DNA from: a virus
Lineage: Duplodnaviria; Caudoviricetes
Virus record (IMG/VR): IMGVR_UViG_3300031414_000005
Strand: one strand, 5' to 3'
Length of the DNA: 64,000 nucleotides
Shown: piece after piece, positions 1 to 8,868 of the stretch
Numbering within the stretch: position 1 is the first letter of the stretch
Layout: every line of letters starts with the position of its first letter
Translations under genes and position numbers: made by a program
The notes under the pieces: model-generated
Seen by the model: the letters and a program-made list of their open reading frames with translations, nothing else
Database searches by the model: none
What the model was told of the DNA's origin: nothing

Positions 1-1
1 T

Positions 2-595
2 AAGGAAACCCTGAACACTATCGACACACTGCTGTCACTGGATGGTATCCGTAAAGCACGCAAATTGCCGGTGGTCATGTGTTACGCAGAAAACGAAGAG
101 TCGCGCACCTTCGCCGAAGTGGATCAGGAAGTCACCAAGTACATCACCGCACTGACCATGCTGTTCAACAACGTCAACACCGAAATGGACTTCAAAGACC
201 TACGGCACCTGGTGCAGTTCAATGACGTGGTGGATGTTGAAGCATCCCTGTGTACGCTGGACTTCTTCAGCCAGGATCAGCTGGAAGAGAACCGTGACAC
301 GCTGGGTAGCCCGGTGGCGGTTGCCTCACTGTACCGTACCCGTGATGACCGTAAGCCGCTGCGCCTCGGTCATGACTACAATGCGGTCGGGGTGTTGAGC
401 ACCGAGTTCTATGATAAGGACAACGTGAAACTTGACCAGGTGCACTACCTGATCAATACCGACACCATCGAACCGCTGTTCAAGCGTTTGAAATCTGTGC
501 AGGCAGAAAACAAATCGAAAGCAGACGCACGTACAACGCGTTCGGCAATCGCATCTGATGCAGATGGTGCCGATGACCTCGGCATGGTCATCTGA
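2..595 (+). CDS. phuZ: PhuZ tubulin, C-terminal part (5'-truncated by the window)
   Basis: Frame is open from base 2 (KETLNTIDTLLSLD...). The acidic C-terminal tail ends DDLGMVI, like the PhuZ tail. It lies upstream of the DNA polymerase/chimallin block, as in phiKZ. Confidence 0.8.
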   Translation, partial: KETLNTIDTLLSLDGIRKARKLPVVMCYAENEESRTFAEVDQEVTKYITALTMLFNNVNTEMDFKDLRHLVQFNDVVDVEASLCTLDFFSQDQLEENRDTLGSPVAVASLYRTRDDRKPLRLGHDYNAVGVLSTEFYDKDNVKLDQVHYLINTDTIEPLFKRLKSVQAENKSKADARTTRSAIASDADGADDLGMVI

Positions 596-622
596 TACGT
601 CTGAGGGCGTTTAAACACTATA

Positions 623-657
623 AGGCGAGGGGTAACACCCTCGCCTATTTTCGTTTT
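623..657 (+). terminator. Intrinsic terminator after phuZ
   Basis: AGGCGAGGG/CCCTCGCCT stem followed by a T-rich tract. Confidence 0.75.
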
Positions 658-716
658 TACATTTTTTGTCAATTATCTGTCACGAGGGGACATTGGGAAA
701 AAGGGTGAAATTAGCT

Positions 717-1019
717 ATGTTGATCATCGATATTCGAGAGCATGCGCACGACATCAATGCCGTCGCAACACGGTTATCGATTGACTCCGCTACGCTACAA
801 AGAGGGTTAGTGCTGAACGTCATCGAGTTGTTAGGGTTTCCCCTGATCGAACGGGCGCCACAGCTGGCTTATCCCAGAGAACTTTCTAATGTTATTACTG
901 TTATTCAAAGCCATCTGGAACCACAACTGTTTCGGGCTCTGCGTCAGGTTGATCTGCGCGTTGAGGATTTCCGGGTCAGTGTATTAGCAGACGGTGTTAT
1001 ACAGATAGAAGGGTTTTAA
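717..1019 (+). CDS. Hypothetical protein, small paralog family
   Basis: ORF; ATG at 717 chosen over the track start; N-terminal LIIDI motif. Confidence 0.75.
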   Translation: MLIIDIREHAHDINAVATRLSIDSATLQRGLVLNVIELLGFPLIERAPQLAYPRELSNVITVIQSHLEPQLFRALRQVDLRVEDFRVSVLADGVIQIEGF

Positions 1020-1021
1020 TC

Positions 1022-1777
1022 ATGTATGTGTTAGACATCTCCGAAGATGTAGCCGGGTTACACGCATCATGTCCACCGCCAACTCGCACGGGCCATGGTC
1101 CAGGCGAATGTTTCTCGCAACTGGTTGACCGTTGTGTCAGTCATGCGTTATCGGTGGTTGCGCCGTACAAACGTGAGGAAGACCGTATTCAGGAATGGTT
1201 CCAGCTGATGTATGCCGGGTCACCGTGGGAAACCGCCGAATGGTATCTGGCCATGGAAGCGGGTGTACTGCAACCGATGTTGTGCAAAATCAGTCAGTTC
1301 ATGTTCAGCATTATTCAGAAACACCCCAACCGGATTCTCGAAGTGGAAACCAGCCGCTATGAAGGCCGGGTCGGGCAGAACATGTATATCCAGGTACAGG
1401 CCAAAATCGAGTACAGTGAAGATGAGGTTGTCCCGGAATACGATTTACCCACATTGGATACACCCAATGATTTCAGTGCGGCTAACCGGGCGGCGTTAGA
1501 AGCGATTCAGTATTTCTCTGACCAGGGTTCGTTGATGTTGTCGCCAATCAAACTCAACCCTACATTATACAGTGTAAGTGAACCGACCACCCTGCCTGTT
1601 CCTACCGGTCACTGGTCTGATGAACCGCCAGAAGAAGAAGCGGCACGTCAGCAGATGGCGCAATACCGGGAAACCCTGGGGTGGGTCAAAGATCGGCTCA
1701 ATCAACGGGTGAAGGAAGACGCCAATTCCGGCTTCCGGGGAATGTATCAATCGTGGGTGAAATCCACCAATCAGTAA
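1022..1777 (+). CDS. Hypothetical protein (family-like N-terminus plus extension)
   Basis: 251-aa ORF starting 2 nt after the previous stop; begins YVLDI. Confidence 0.8.
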   Translation: MYVLDISEDVAGLHASCPPPTRTGHGPGECFSQLVDRCVSHALSVVAPYKREEDRIQEWFQLMYAGSPWETAEWYLAMEAGVLQPMLCKISQFMFSIIQKHPNRILEVETSRYEGRVGQNMYIQVQAKIEYSEDEVVPEYDLPTLDTPNDFSAANRAALEAIQYFSDQGSLMLSPIKLNPTLYSVSEPTTLPVPTGHWSDEPPEEEAARQQMAQYRETLGWVKDRLNQRVKEDANSGFRGMYQSWVKSTNQ

Positions 1778-1789
1778 AGGGTGACACAC

Positions 1790-2116
1790 ATGCATATCGT
1801 TTGTTTCATTGGTGAAGAGGTACAGGCATTGCGTCAGGAAGGTCACGGCGACTGTGATTTAAAGATCATCCTGGGGTATGTACGTGACTGTCTCTCAGAA
1901 AGCATGGAGCACATGATGGATCCGTGGGACCTGATGGGTGACTATCAGGTCGAACACGAGTACCAGGATTTGGTGGGGATGTTACTCCAGCGGGTTCAGG
2001 AAAAACTCTGGCGTCACAGCACGGATCGTTTTGGGTATTATCTGCGTTCCGGGTTTGTCTGTGAACAGATCGGGGACAACTTCTATTTGAGATTTCCAGA
2101 TGCTCCAACCAGATAA
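1790..2116 (+). CDS. Hypothetical protein
   Basis: ORF with AAAGGGTGA RBS-like sequence; part of a tightly packed operon. Confidence 0.75.
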   Translation: MHIVCFIGEEVQALRQEGHGDCDLKIILGYVRDCLSESMEHMMDPWDLMGDYQVEHEYQDLVGMLLQRVQEKLWRHSTDRFGYYLRSGFVCEQIGDNFYLRFPDAPTR

Positions 2117-2447
2117 CATCGTGTTTGATCTGAGCGAGGTGTCAGCAGAGGTCGTTACTGAACACCCGGATATCGAAGGCGATGACTTACATTTGTTTCT
2201 GACGTTGGGGATTGACACGGCGCTGTGTATTCGTACCAGTAGCTTTTTATTAGCGGACCGATATGCTTCGGAGGAAATCCTGGCGATCGTCCGCTACGTT
2301 TCCCAACATTTCGTCCGTATCTTGTGTCGTCACACCCGTTATGCTTATGACGAAGAGACACAAGAGCTGAAAACCGAATGGCGCTGGCTCGACGACAAGG
2401 CGGTACTGCTAACGTTCCGGGTCGTTGATTTGGTGAGCGAGGATTAA
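2100..2447 (+). CDS. Hypothetical protein, small paralog family
   Basis: 115-aa ORF overlapping the previous gene; IVFDL motif. Confidence 0.75.
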   Translation: MLQPDNIVFDLSEVSAEVVTEHPDIEGDDLHLFLTLGIDTALCIRTSSFLLADRYASEEILAIVRYVSQHFVRILCRHTRYAYDEETQELKTEWRWLDDKAVLLTFRVVDLVSED

Positions 2448-2450
2448 CCC

Positions 2451-2858
2451 ATGGTTATTGATACCCAAAGCTATATTTACCCAGATAACCTCTACCGTTA
2501 CTTTTCTTCTAATGCGGACTTCTTAACGTTGTTTGCAGAATGGTTTGTCGAGTCATCCCACTACGGTAATCCGGATGTGGCGATTCTCTATGACCATGCC
2601 TGTGCAGTGGCCGGCACGGAAAGTGCCGAAGACAACATGGGGGAAGAAGTGGAAGAAGTGGTACAGGTACTGTCAAAGATGATGAACGAGTTTGCTTTAC
2701 GCAACCGTCCATTAGCCGGCCAGCTCAGCGAAGTGGCCACCATCAAATTACGTCGTGGACGACCAGGGCAAGACGGGAACACCCCAATCCCCGAAACCCT
2801 GATTGTCAGTTCAATGGATTACATGTCCAACGGGGGGCGCTATGTCACAATCAATTAG
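2451..2858 (+). CDS. Hypothetical protein, paralog of 33829..34164
   Basis: 135-aa ORF, GAGGA RBS; N-terminus aligns by eye with the 33829 product. Confidence 0.8.
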   Translation: MVIDTQSYIYPDNLYRYFSSNADFLTLFAEWFVESSHYGNPDVAILYDHACAVAGTESAEDNMGEEVEEVVQVLSKMMNEFALRNRPLAGQLSEVATIKLRRGRPGQDGNTPIPETLIVSSMDYMSNGGRYVTIN

Positions 2859-3201
2859 CGCACGGATTGATCTGTGCAATTACCGGACCGAGATTGAGAA
2901 CATCTGTCAGTCGCTCAGTGTGGACAGCAGTTACTACATCCGCACGGTCGTCCACCATGTACTGGAGTCTATGTCCAATGGGCGAGCACAGGGTGATATC
3001 AATTCCGATGTCGCATTCCGGTTTGACTTCGAAGACGAGTTGAGTTTACGGGAACAATCCGGGCAAGTGGTGCGCTGGATCTCTGGGATTCTGCACCGCA
3101 CAATTCCGCCGGCCCGTGGGCTGGCTTATCTCACGCTTTCCAACGTGAGTAACAATAACCTGCTTTACTCGGTGGAAATCACATGCAAAATGGCCGCGTA
3201 A
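2842..3201 (+). CDS. Hypothetical protein, small paralog family
   Basis: ATG at 2842 after a GGGGGG RBS-like run; ARIDL motif. Confidence 0.75.
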   Translation: MSQSISARIDLCNYRTEIENICQSLSVDSSYYIRTVVHHVLESMSNGRAQGDINSDVAFRFDFEDELSLREQSGQVVRWISGILHRTIPPARGLAYLTLSNVSNNNLLYSVEITCKMAA

Positions 3202-3611
3202 CTGACAAGCAGCTGGTCATTGATCTTCGTGAAACCATCCACGACACCCGCAAGTGTTACGACCAATACGCCGTCTTGTGCGAACACATGTGCTACTACG
3301 ACTTCATGCGTGACTGTGTGATCGGGCCTGCGTTGGTGGAAATCACCAACCTTGGCGAAGGTGTCGACATGTTAAAAGAAATGATTGCGTCGTATATTCC
3401 CTCTGAACGTCCGGGGATCAATGAGCGCAAAGCCAACCAGCAACGGTTCACCCTGTTTAATGCAGTGGTGCCGTTTATGACCCACGTTTATAACCGGCTA
3501 TCGAGCGTAATGAATTCCCCCTCGTTCGATGTCAACCTTGAACGGTTTGATGAACAGCTGGGGTATTTGTACATCGTGGTGCCAGATTACAACTTACCAG
3601 GTGCAACATGA
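3183..3611 (+). CDS. Hypothetical protein, small paralog family
   Basis: 142-aa ORF; LVIDL motif; C-terminal beta-hairpin-like YLYIVV. Confidence 0.75.
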   Translation: MQNGRVTDKQLVIDLRETIHDTRKCYDQYAVLCEHMCYYDFMRDCVIGPALVEITNLGEGVDMLKEMIASYIPSERPGINERKANQQRFTLFNAVVPFMTHVYNRLSSVMNSPSFDVNLERFDEQLGYLYIVVPDYNLPGAT

Positions 3612-3928
3612 GCATAACGAATCTTGAGATTGGGTATCCAATGGGGATGCCACACAACCCGGCTGTTTACGAAGGTATGACACGTATTCTTAAACTGGCC
3701 ACCTGTTATCGTCTGTGTAAACCCAGTGACTACGGGTTCAACGATAACGACCTGATGGTGTCGCCAAAGCTGCAACAGCTGGCCGCTGAGTTCGTCCGTG
3801 TCCTGACACAGGTCCCATTGGATACCCCATGCAGGATTCAAACCGTCAATTATCTGAGTGACCGGATTTTGGTCATCATGGAAACCATTGGGGATTCCCA
3901 TGCATCAATTAATTCTCCCCGGCAGTGA
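3608..3928 (+). CDS. Hypothetical protein
   Basis: ATGA overlap with the previous stop; 106 aa. Confidence 0.75.
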   Translation: MSITNLEIGYPMGMPHNPAVYEGMTRILKLATCYRLCKPSDYGFNDNDLMVSPKLQQLAAEFVRVLTQVPLDTPCRIQTVNYLSDRILVIMETIGDSHASINSPRQ

Positions 3929-4307
3929 TCTGTACAACGAGTTGTTAGCGCGGGTTGATGAAGAGAGGTCTTCCTTCGGGGAGATCTCTGTTGACGAAAT
4001 TCTGATTGCCGCCACTTCCACTATTAATAACCCGGGGTTCAGTTCCGGTTATCGTACGGGACTAGAAGACCACCAACGCTATTACTTCGATATCCTGGCT
4101 GGGTATGCCCGTCAACAGATCGCCATGGGACTGGAACGTCTGCTGGGTCAACTGTTGGACCATGCCGGTCATCAGGTGCGTATCCTCGATGTACATGCAG
4201 ACAGATCTATGCACCTCTTATTGGCTCATCCGGAAATCGAACAGATTGACGAGCTAGGCCGTGAGTTCCACTTACAACAAGAAATCCGACAGGCGCTCAG
4301 GCTATGA
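3900..4307 (+). CDS. Hypothetical protein
   Basis: ATG at 3900 after a GGGGA RBS; 135 aa. Confidence 0.75.
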   Translation: MHQLILPGSDLYNELLARVDEERSSFGEISVDEILIAATSTINNPGFSSGYRTGLEDHQRYYFDILAGYARQQIAMGLERLLGQLLDHAGHQVRILDVHADRSMHLLLAHPEIEQIDELGREFHLQQEIRQALRL

Positions 4308-4681
4308 ACATTATCACCACCTCAGAAGAGCTCGACAACTATATTTTCCGTCGGTTGGCCGCGTCCAGTGACGCCAGCCTGGCTGATGAAGACGCGATCA
4401 TTGGCGTCAGTGAAGTTGATGAAGACAACGCCCCGATTGTATTTACCTTGCGTGAACTCAACGAATTGTTAGACAAGCATGTCGACCGTATCCTGACCGA
4501 CGGGTTTGGTATGGACAGCGAGCGGCAGATCGCCGTGGACGAGCACGGTGAACCCGATGTGGTGGCGAACCTGTTACTGGAACTGGAAGCCCGCAACGGG
4601 TTACCGCTGTACAACATCCAGAACCTGGTCTGCACCAGTATGGTCAATCTTACGGGTACTTATCTCCTTATCTACAGTTAA
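4304..4681 (+). CDS. Hypothetical acidic protein
   Basis: ATGA overlap; 125 aa. Confidence 0.75.
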   Translation: MNIITTSEELDNYIFRRLAASSDASLADEDAIIGVSEVDEDNAPIVFTLRELNELLDKHVDRILTDGFGMDSERQIAVDEHGEPDVVANLLLELEARNGLPLYNIQNLVCTSMVNLTGTYLLIYS

Positions 4682-4693
4682 CAAGGCAAACGC

Positions 4694-5119
4694 ATGAGCG
4701 CGAAAACCGATCTACTGGTCGCTAACCGCCGGGTGTCCTTCAGTGTGGCTGCACCGCAAGTGTTGGGGTCGGACTTTGGCAGTGTATTGGTCAACGCCCG
4801 ACTGAACTATGACCTGGCAAGTCGTCTGGGGTATTCACCGTCTCAGTTGCACAACCTGGTCTACCCGTACATCAAAAACAACCCCGGTGTCAGCAATGAC
4901 CCGCGGTCGTACGAGTACATCGAAGTCACCAAGCCCGGTGGGAGCACCACCTTACTGGGGTTGCCGTGGATTGTTGAGTCTTCTATCCTGACTGCCGAGT
5001 CCACGACCTGGCAGTACCAGATCAGCAACATGGGGATTGTGGAATCCCAATTGCTGGATGAGTGGCTAAAGACCAACGGCTTCAAAACGTTCACCAAAAT
5101 CGCACTGGATAATACCTGA
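4694..5119 (+). CDS. Conserved phiKZ-like hypothetical protein (about gp49 position)
   Basis: 141 aa with a Y-x-x-I...LGLPWI motif I recall from phiKZ-like phages; lies just before the DNA polymerase operon. Confidence 0.7.
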   Translation: MSAKTDLLVANRRVSFSVAAPQVLGSDFGSVLVNARLNYDLASRLGYSPSQLHNLVYPYIKNNPGVSNDPRSYEYIEVTKPGGSTTLLGLPWIVESSILTAESTTWQYQISNMGIVESQLLDEWLKTNGFKTFTKIALDNT

Positions 5120-5122
5120 CCT

Positions 5123-5151
5123 GAGAGGCTGCTTCGGCGGCCTCTCTTTTT
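5123..5151 (+). terminator. Intrinsic terminator
   Basis: GAGAGGCTGC-TTCG-GCGGCCTCTC followed by T5. Confidence 0.9.
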
Positions 5152-5182
5152 CAGCTGCTCATTTTTTCTTTACATTAAAACG

Positions 5183-5194
5183 AATTGATATAGC
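5183..5194 (+). promoter_or_regulatory. Candidate phage promoter motif B (AATTG(A)TATAGC)
   Basis: Intergenic motif that recurs at 16970 and 18259, with weaker copies at 21314 and 52043. Confidence 0.45.
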
Positions 5195-5222
5195 GACCGA
5201 ACTGTTTCCCTGGAGGATTATT

Positions 5223-5588
5223 GTGTCCGACAAAATTGAGATCATGTTACCCCCGGACTTGACCACCTCGACCGTGACGATCGAGAACATCAAAAATTTA
5301 AGTGTGGAGTACATCCACCTGCAACACCTGGAGTTTGAAGATCAGCAGGCAGAAACCCAGTTCGACCAGTTTCAACTGATGACCATCCACCAAATGATAC
5401 GGCGTTATATCGACCGTGACGGGTTGCCGGTTGACACCCCACAAGGTTACACCAGTTATTTCACGAACTTGCGTAACCTCCTGAACGAGAACAACAGCTT
5501 TCGTCATTATGCGGTTGAGCGCAGTAAGATCAAGTACCACCCGATCACCCGTGTGATGACCTTTCCACTCCGCAGTAAATTACATTAA
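5223..5588 (+). CDS. Hypothetical protein
   Basis: GTG start with a strong GGAGGA RBS; 121 aa. Confidence 0.8.
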   Translation: MSDKIEIMLPPDLTTSTVTIENIKNLSVEYIHLQHLEFEDQQAETQFDQFQLMTIHQMIRRYIDRDGLPVDTPQGYTSYFTNLRNLLNENNSFRHYAVERSKIKYHPITRVMTFPLRSKLH

Positions 5589-5598
5589 GTGACGTCCT

Positions 5599-7872
5599 AT
5601 GGATCCATTCATTAAAGACCCCAAGGAGTACACCCGTGACTTCTTGTTGCGGGAACGGTATTACAAAGACGCAGCACAATACCTGCATCTGCATACCGGT
5701 AAACCGCTAGACCAATGTGAAGCTTATGTCCGCCGGGAAACCGGGCCAGGGGGTAAGTTTGAAATGGTTGACCCGCGTGTTAAGGTGTTGATCAAAAACA
5801 AGGTGGGGGACAAGGAACTCAAGTACACCACGTTCAGTAAACTCATTGCCGCGGTAAAACGCCGTGGGGCGATTCTGTCACCGTCACTGGTGGCCTATGT
5901 CCCGCATGCGGAAGAAGAATCTCTTAATGCGATCGTGATGGACGCCAACATCAACGCCCGTAAAGTCGAGAAAGCCGCGAAGTTTAAAGCCAAAGCAGAA
6001 GGTAACCTGCTACTGGCGTCGATCAAAGACCTGCTGCAAAACGGGTTAAAGATCTTTAACAACGGACAATCGGGTGCCTACTCGTCATCAGGGACACCGC
6101 TGTACAACAAGTCAGCGCATACCTCACTGACGTCATGCTGTCGCACCATCACCAGTTCGACTAATGCATTTAACGAGAAATTCCTGGGGGGTAACCGCCA
6201 CTACCACAACCCAGAGATCGTGCGCACTAACTTCATGGTTATCATTAATAACGTTAACTTTGAACGTATCGAACAGGTCATGACGAAGTACGGCCTGGTG
6301 CACCCCACCGTGGATGCGGTGATGGAGATGTTACATCACTCAACTTACCGGTACTGGGAGCTCCCCAAAGAGTACCGTAAGCTGCGTGAAATGGTGGAAC
6401 GGCTATCCCCGATTCAACGGTCGGCGATCATGTACACCAGTGACATGTACAGCCTGCGTATGTCGAACCCGGATTTCGTGCGTCGCTTCTTAACCGAGCT
6501 TGCAGATATCCGTCAGGACTATGAAGTGGACCGTCTGCCTGACATCAAGATGAACTGCCCGGACTTGAAAACCCTGTCGGTGATGAAGGTGGCCAAGGAA
6601 TCGGTGGATTTATCGAAGTGGCAGGACAACACCTATGTCGAGGCGTACAAACGTCAGGGTGGTGACCCCAAAGACGAAAAGGCCTTTAAGAAGTGGGTGG
6701 GAAGTGTTGTTGACAAAGAACCAAAGGAACTCCGTGGTCTGAGTCACATGACCGAAGAGGAACGGGTGTACAACGCCAATCAAGAGAAGCACATCAAGCA
6801 TCTCCTGATTCGCAACTACCAGCATGTCCTGCAAGTTACTGAAAAGTATGCAGATTTCATCGAAACATTCTGGCGTACGGACCTGACTCCATCGTCAATT
6901 GCCTCGATCCTCGGGATTGAACGTGAGATTGTGTTAACCTCGGATACGGACTCCTCTATCTTTACCCAGGAAGGTTGGGTGAACTGGATGTACCCTGACC
7001 GTATTGATCGACCGAAGCGTATCGCGGTGAATGCCACGATGACGTACCTGATTCGTAAGCAGGACATCCATCTGCTGGCGATGATCTCGGCGAACATCGG
7101 GGTACCACTAAAACACCTGTTCCGCCTCACCATGAAGAACGAGTATTACTTTGGTTCGTTTGCGCTGACCAACATGTCCAAGCACTACTTTGCCTGGATG
7201 ATTGCACAGGAGGGAGCGTTCTTTAAAGAACGTGAGTTGGAACGTAAAGGGGTGCACTTGCGTTCCTCGAACCTACCGAAGTCAATCCTGGATCAGGGGA
7301 CCAAGTTCATCACGGACATCCTGGACCTGGTGGCTGACAACGGGTCGTTCTCCGCGGCAGAACAGCTGAACCGTATTGGTAATCTGGAACGTCAGATCAT
7401 CAACTCCGTGAAAGGCGGTGAATCGACGTACTTGTCAAAGGCACAGATTCGTCCAATCGAAACCTACAACAAGCCGATGAGCCAACCGTACTTCTACCAT
7501 GTCTTGTGGGATGAAGTCTTTGCGGACCGTTACGGTAAAGCACCACCGCCCCCGTACCTTGGGATTAAAGTCAACGTTGACCTTAACAACAAAACGAAAG
7601 TGTTGGCCTGGATTGAGAACATCGAAGACCACGGTGTGCGTGAACGCATGCGGGTGTTCTACGACACGTACTCGCGCACCAGCTTCAACTCCTTCATCGT
7701 CCCCATGGACATTGTCTCTAACATCGGCGGGATGCCACAGGAGATCATTGACTGTGCGGATATCCGGACCATGTTGCAAGAGAACCTGCACATGGTGTAC
7801 GCCCCACTGGAATCAACCGGTCTGTACTTCGCCAACCGGTACAACACCCGGTTAGTGTCTGATGAACACTAA
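5599..7872 (+). CDS. Family-B DNA polymerase, catalytic (fingers/palm/thumb) subunit, phiKZ gp50-like
   Basis: Motif B-like KIFNNGQSG and motif C SDTDS; no exonuclease motifs and no motif A; synteny. Confidence 0.9.
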   Translation: MDPFIKDPKEYTRDFLLRERYYKDAAQYLHLHTGKPLDQCEAYVRRETGPGGKFEMVDPRVKVLIKNKVGDKELKYTTFSKLIAAVKRRGAILSPSLVAYVPHAEEESLNAIVMDANINARKVEKAAKFKAKAEGNLLLASIKDLLQNGLKIFNNGQSGAYSSSGTPLYNKSAHTSLTSCCRTITSSTNAFNEKFLGGNRHYHNPEIVRTNFMVIINNVNFERIEQVMTKYGLVHPTVDAVMEMLHHSTYRYWELPKEYRKLREMVERLSPIQRSAIMYTSDMYSLRMSNPDFVRRFLTELADIRQDYEVDRLPDIKMNCPDLKTLSVMKVAKESVDLSKWQDNTYVEAYKRQGGDPKDEKAFKKWVGSVVDKEPKELRGLSHMTEEERVYNANQEKHIKHLLIRNYQHVLQVTEKYADFIETFWRTDLTPSSIASILGIEREIVLTSDTDSSIFTQEGWVNWMYPDRIDRPKRIAVNATMTYLIRKQDIHLLAMISANIGVPLKHLFRLTMKNEYYFGSFALTNMSKHYFAWMIAQEGAFFKERELERKGVHLRSSNLPKSILDQGTKFITDILDLVADNGSFSAAEQLNRIGNLERQIINSVKGGESTYLSKAQIRPIETYNKPMSQPYFYHVLWDEVFADRYGKAPPPPYLGIKVNVDLNNKTKVLAWIENIEDHGVRERMRVFYDTYSRTSFNSFIVPMDIVSNIGGMPQEIIDCADIRTMLQENLHMVYAPLESTGLYFANRYNTRLVSDEH

Positions 7873-7883
7873 AAGGAATCCTG

Positions 7884-8144
7884 ATGCGCTTAACGGAAGC
7901 ATTGCAGGGTAAACATCCAAAACTGGAGGGGTGTTCGCACCCCTCCTTACCACCGCGGTTTAAATATCATGTCCTGACAAAGGCCAATTTGGAAACCGGA
8001 TGGCAAGAATGGCAATGTGTGGTGAACCCCAGCTTACATGTGGGGTATGTTGATTGTGTCCTCCCGGAAGAAGGGTGGGAGATCGTTAACATTCGGGCAC
8101 ATGGCGAACTTTTAAAAGCGGCATTCAAAAAGAATAAGGATTAA
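7884..8144 (+). CDS. Hypothetical protein, possibly a highly degenerate Tad2/DUF2829-like domain
   Basis: Begins MRLTEAL and has D...GWEIV near the end, matching the two ends of the Tad2 pattern weakly. Confidence 0.55.
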   Translation: MRLTEALQGKHPKLEGCSHPSLPPRFKYHVLTKANLETGWQEWQCVVNPSLHVGYVDCVLPEEGWEIVNIRAHGELLKAAFKKNKD

Positions 8145-8147
8145 CAC

Positions 8148-8858
8148 ATGACCGACAAAGGTATTGAAGTTGTATACATTAGCAAAGATATCCGCGCTTA
8201 TCTGCTGGAAAGCGTCGAGGATGTGGAAGTCTTCAGTCGTCACCACCCCAGTGTAGCACTTCCGAAAGGGTGGACCACACTGGTTGTCGTGTTGTACTAC
8301 GCTAACGGTGAAGAATTCATTATCGATATAAAAAGCGATGAAGTCGCTGAGGACTTTATCGCGCGTAACCGGTCAACAGATGGTGCGTTGCAATCAGCCA
8401 ATAAAGTCCGCGCCCATAACGGGTTGGCGTTATTAAGTCCGGCGACATTCATCGCTTACCTGAACGAGGATGGTTATTCCATGGACGGTTACTTGGCAGC
8501 TGCTAACAATGAACGGCGGGTTAATGGAGAACCTGAATACACCATGGAGGAATTCATCGCCAGTCGGCGCGGTGCTGTTCGTCTGAACGTGGAGAAATTG
8601 GAGGGGTGTTTCCCACAACCTGACCATGGTTTCGGTAAAGCACTGGAAGCCCTGAGTCATGGCAAACGTGTCGCACGTCGGGGATGGAACGGCAAAGAGA
8701 TGTTTGTTGAAAGTGTCTCTGGTGCCGAAGCCAAACTCGCTAACGGTTGCACTGTGGCATTGGAAGCGTTCTTTGTACTGCGTTCACCTAACGGTCGTTA
8801 TAACACCTGGGTGCCGTCAGTCAGCGATCTCATGGCACACGACTGGTATGAACTCTAA
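8148..8858 (+). CDS. tad2: Two-domain protein with a C-terminal Tad2 (DUF2829) Thoeris anti-defence sponge domain
   Basis: FGKALEALSHGKRVARRGWNGKEMFV...WVPSVSDLMAHDW matches the Tad2 pattern FGEAL..LK.G..V.R.GWNGK.MF...W.PSQ.D.LAEDW; domain spans about 8622-8858. Confidence 0.85.
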   Translation: MTDKGIEVVYISKDIRAYLLESVEDVEVFSRHHPSVALPKGWTTLVVVLYYANGEEFIIDIKSDEVAEDFIARNRSTDGALQSANKVRAHNGLALLSPATFIAYLNEDGYSMDGYLAAANNERRVNGEPEYTMEEFIASRRGAVRLNVEKLEGCFPQPDHGFGKALEALSHGKRVARRGWNGKEMFVESVSGAEAKLANGCTVALEAFFVLRSPNGRYNTWVPSVSDLMAHDWYEL

Positions 8859-8868
8859 GGGGTTTTAA

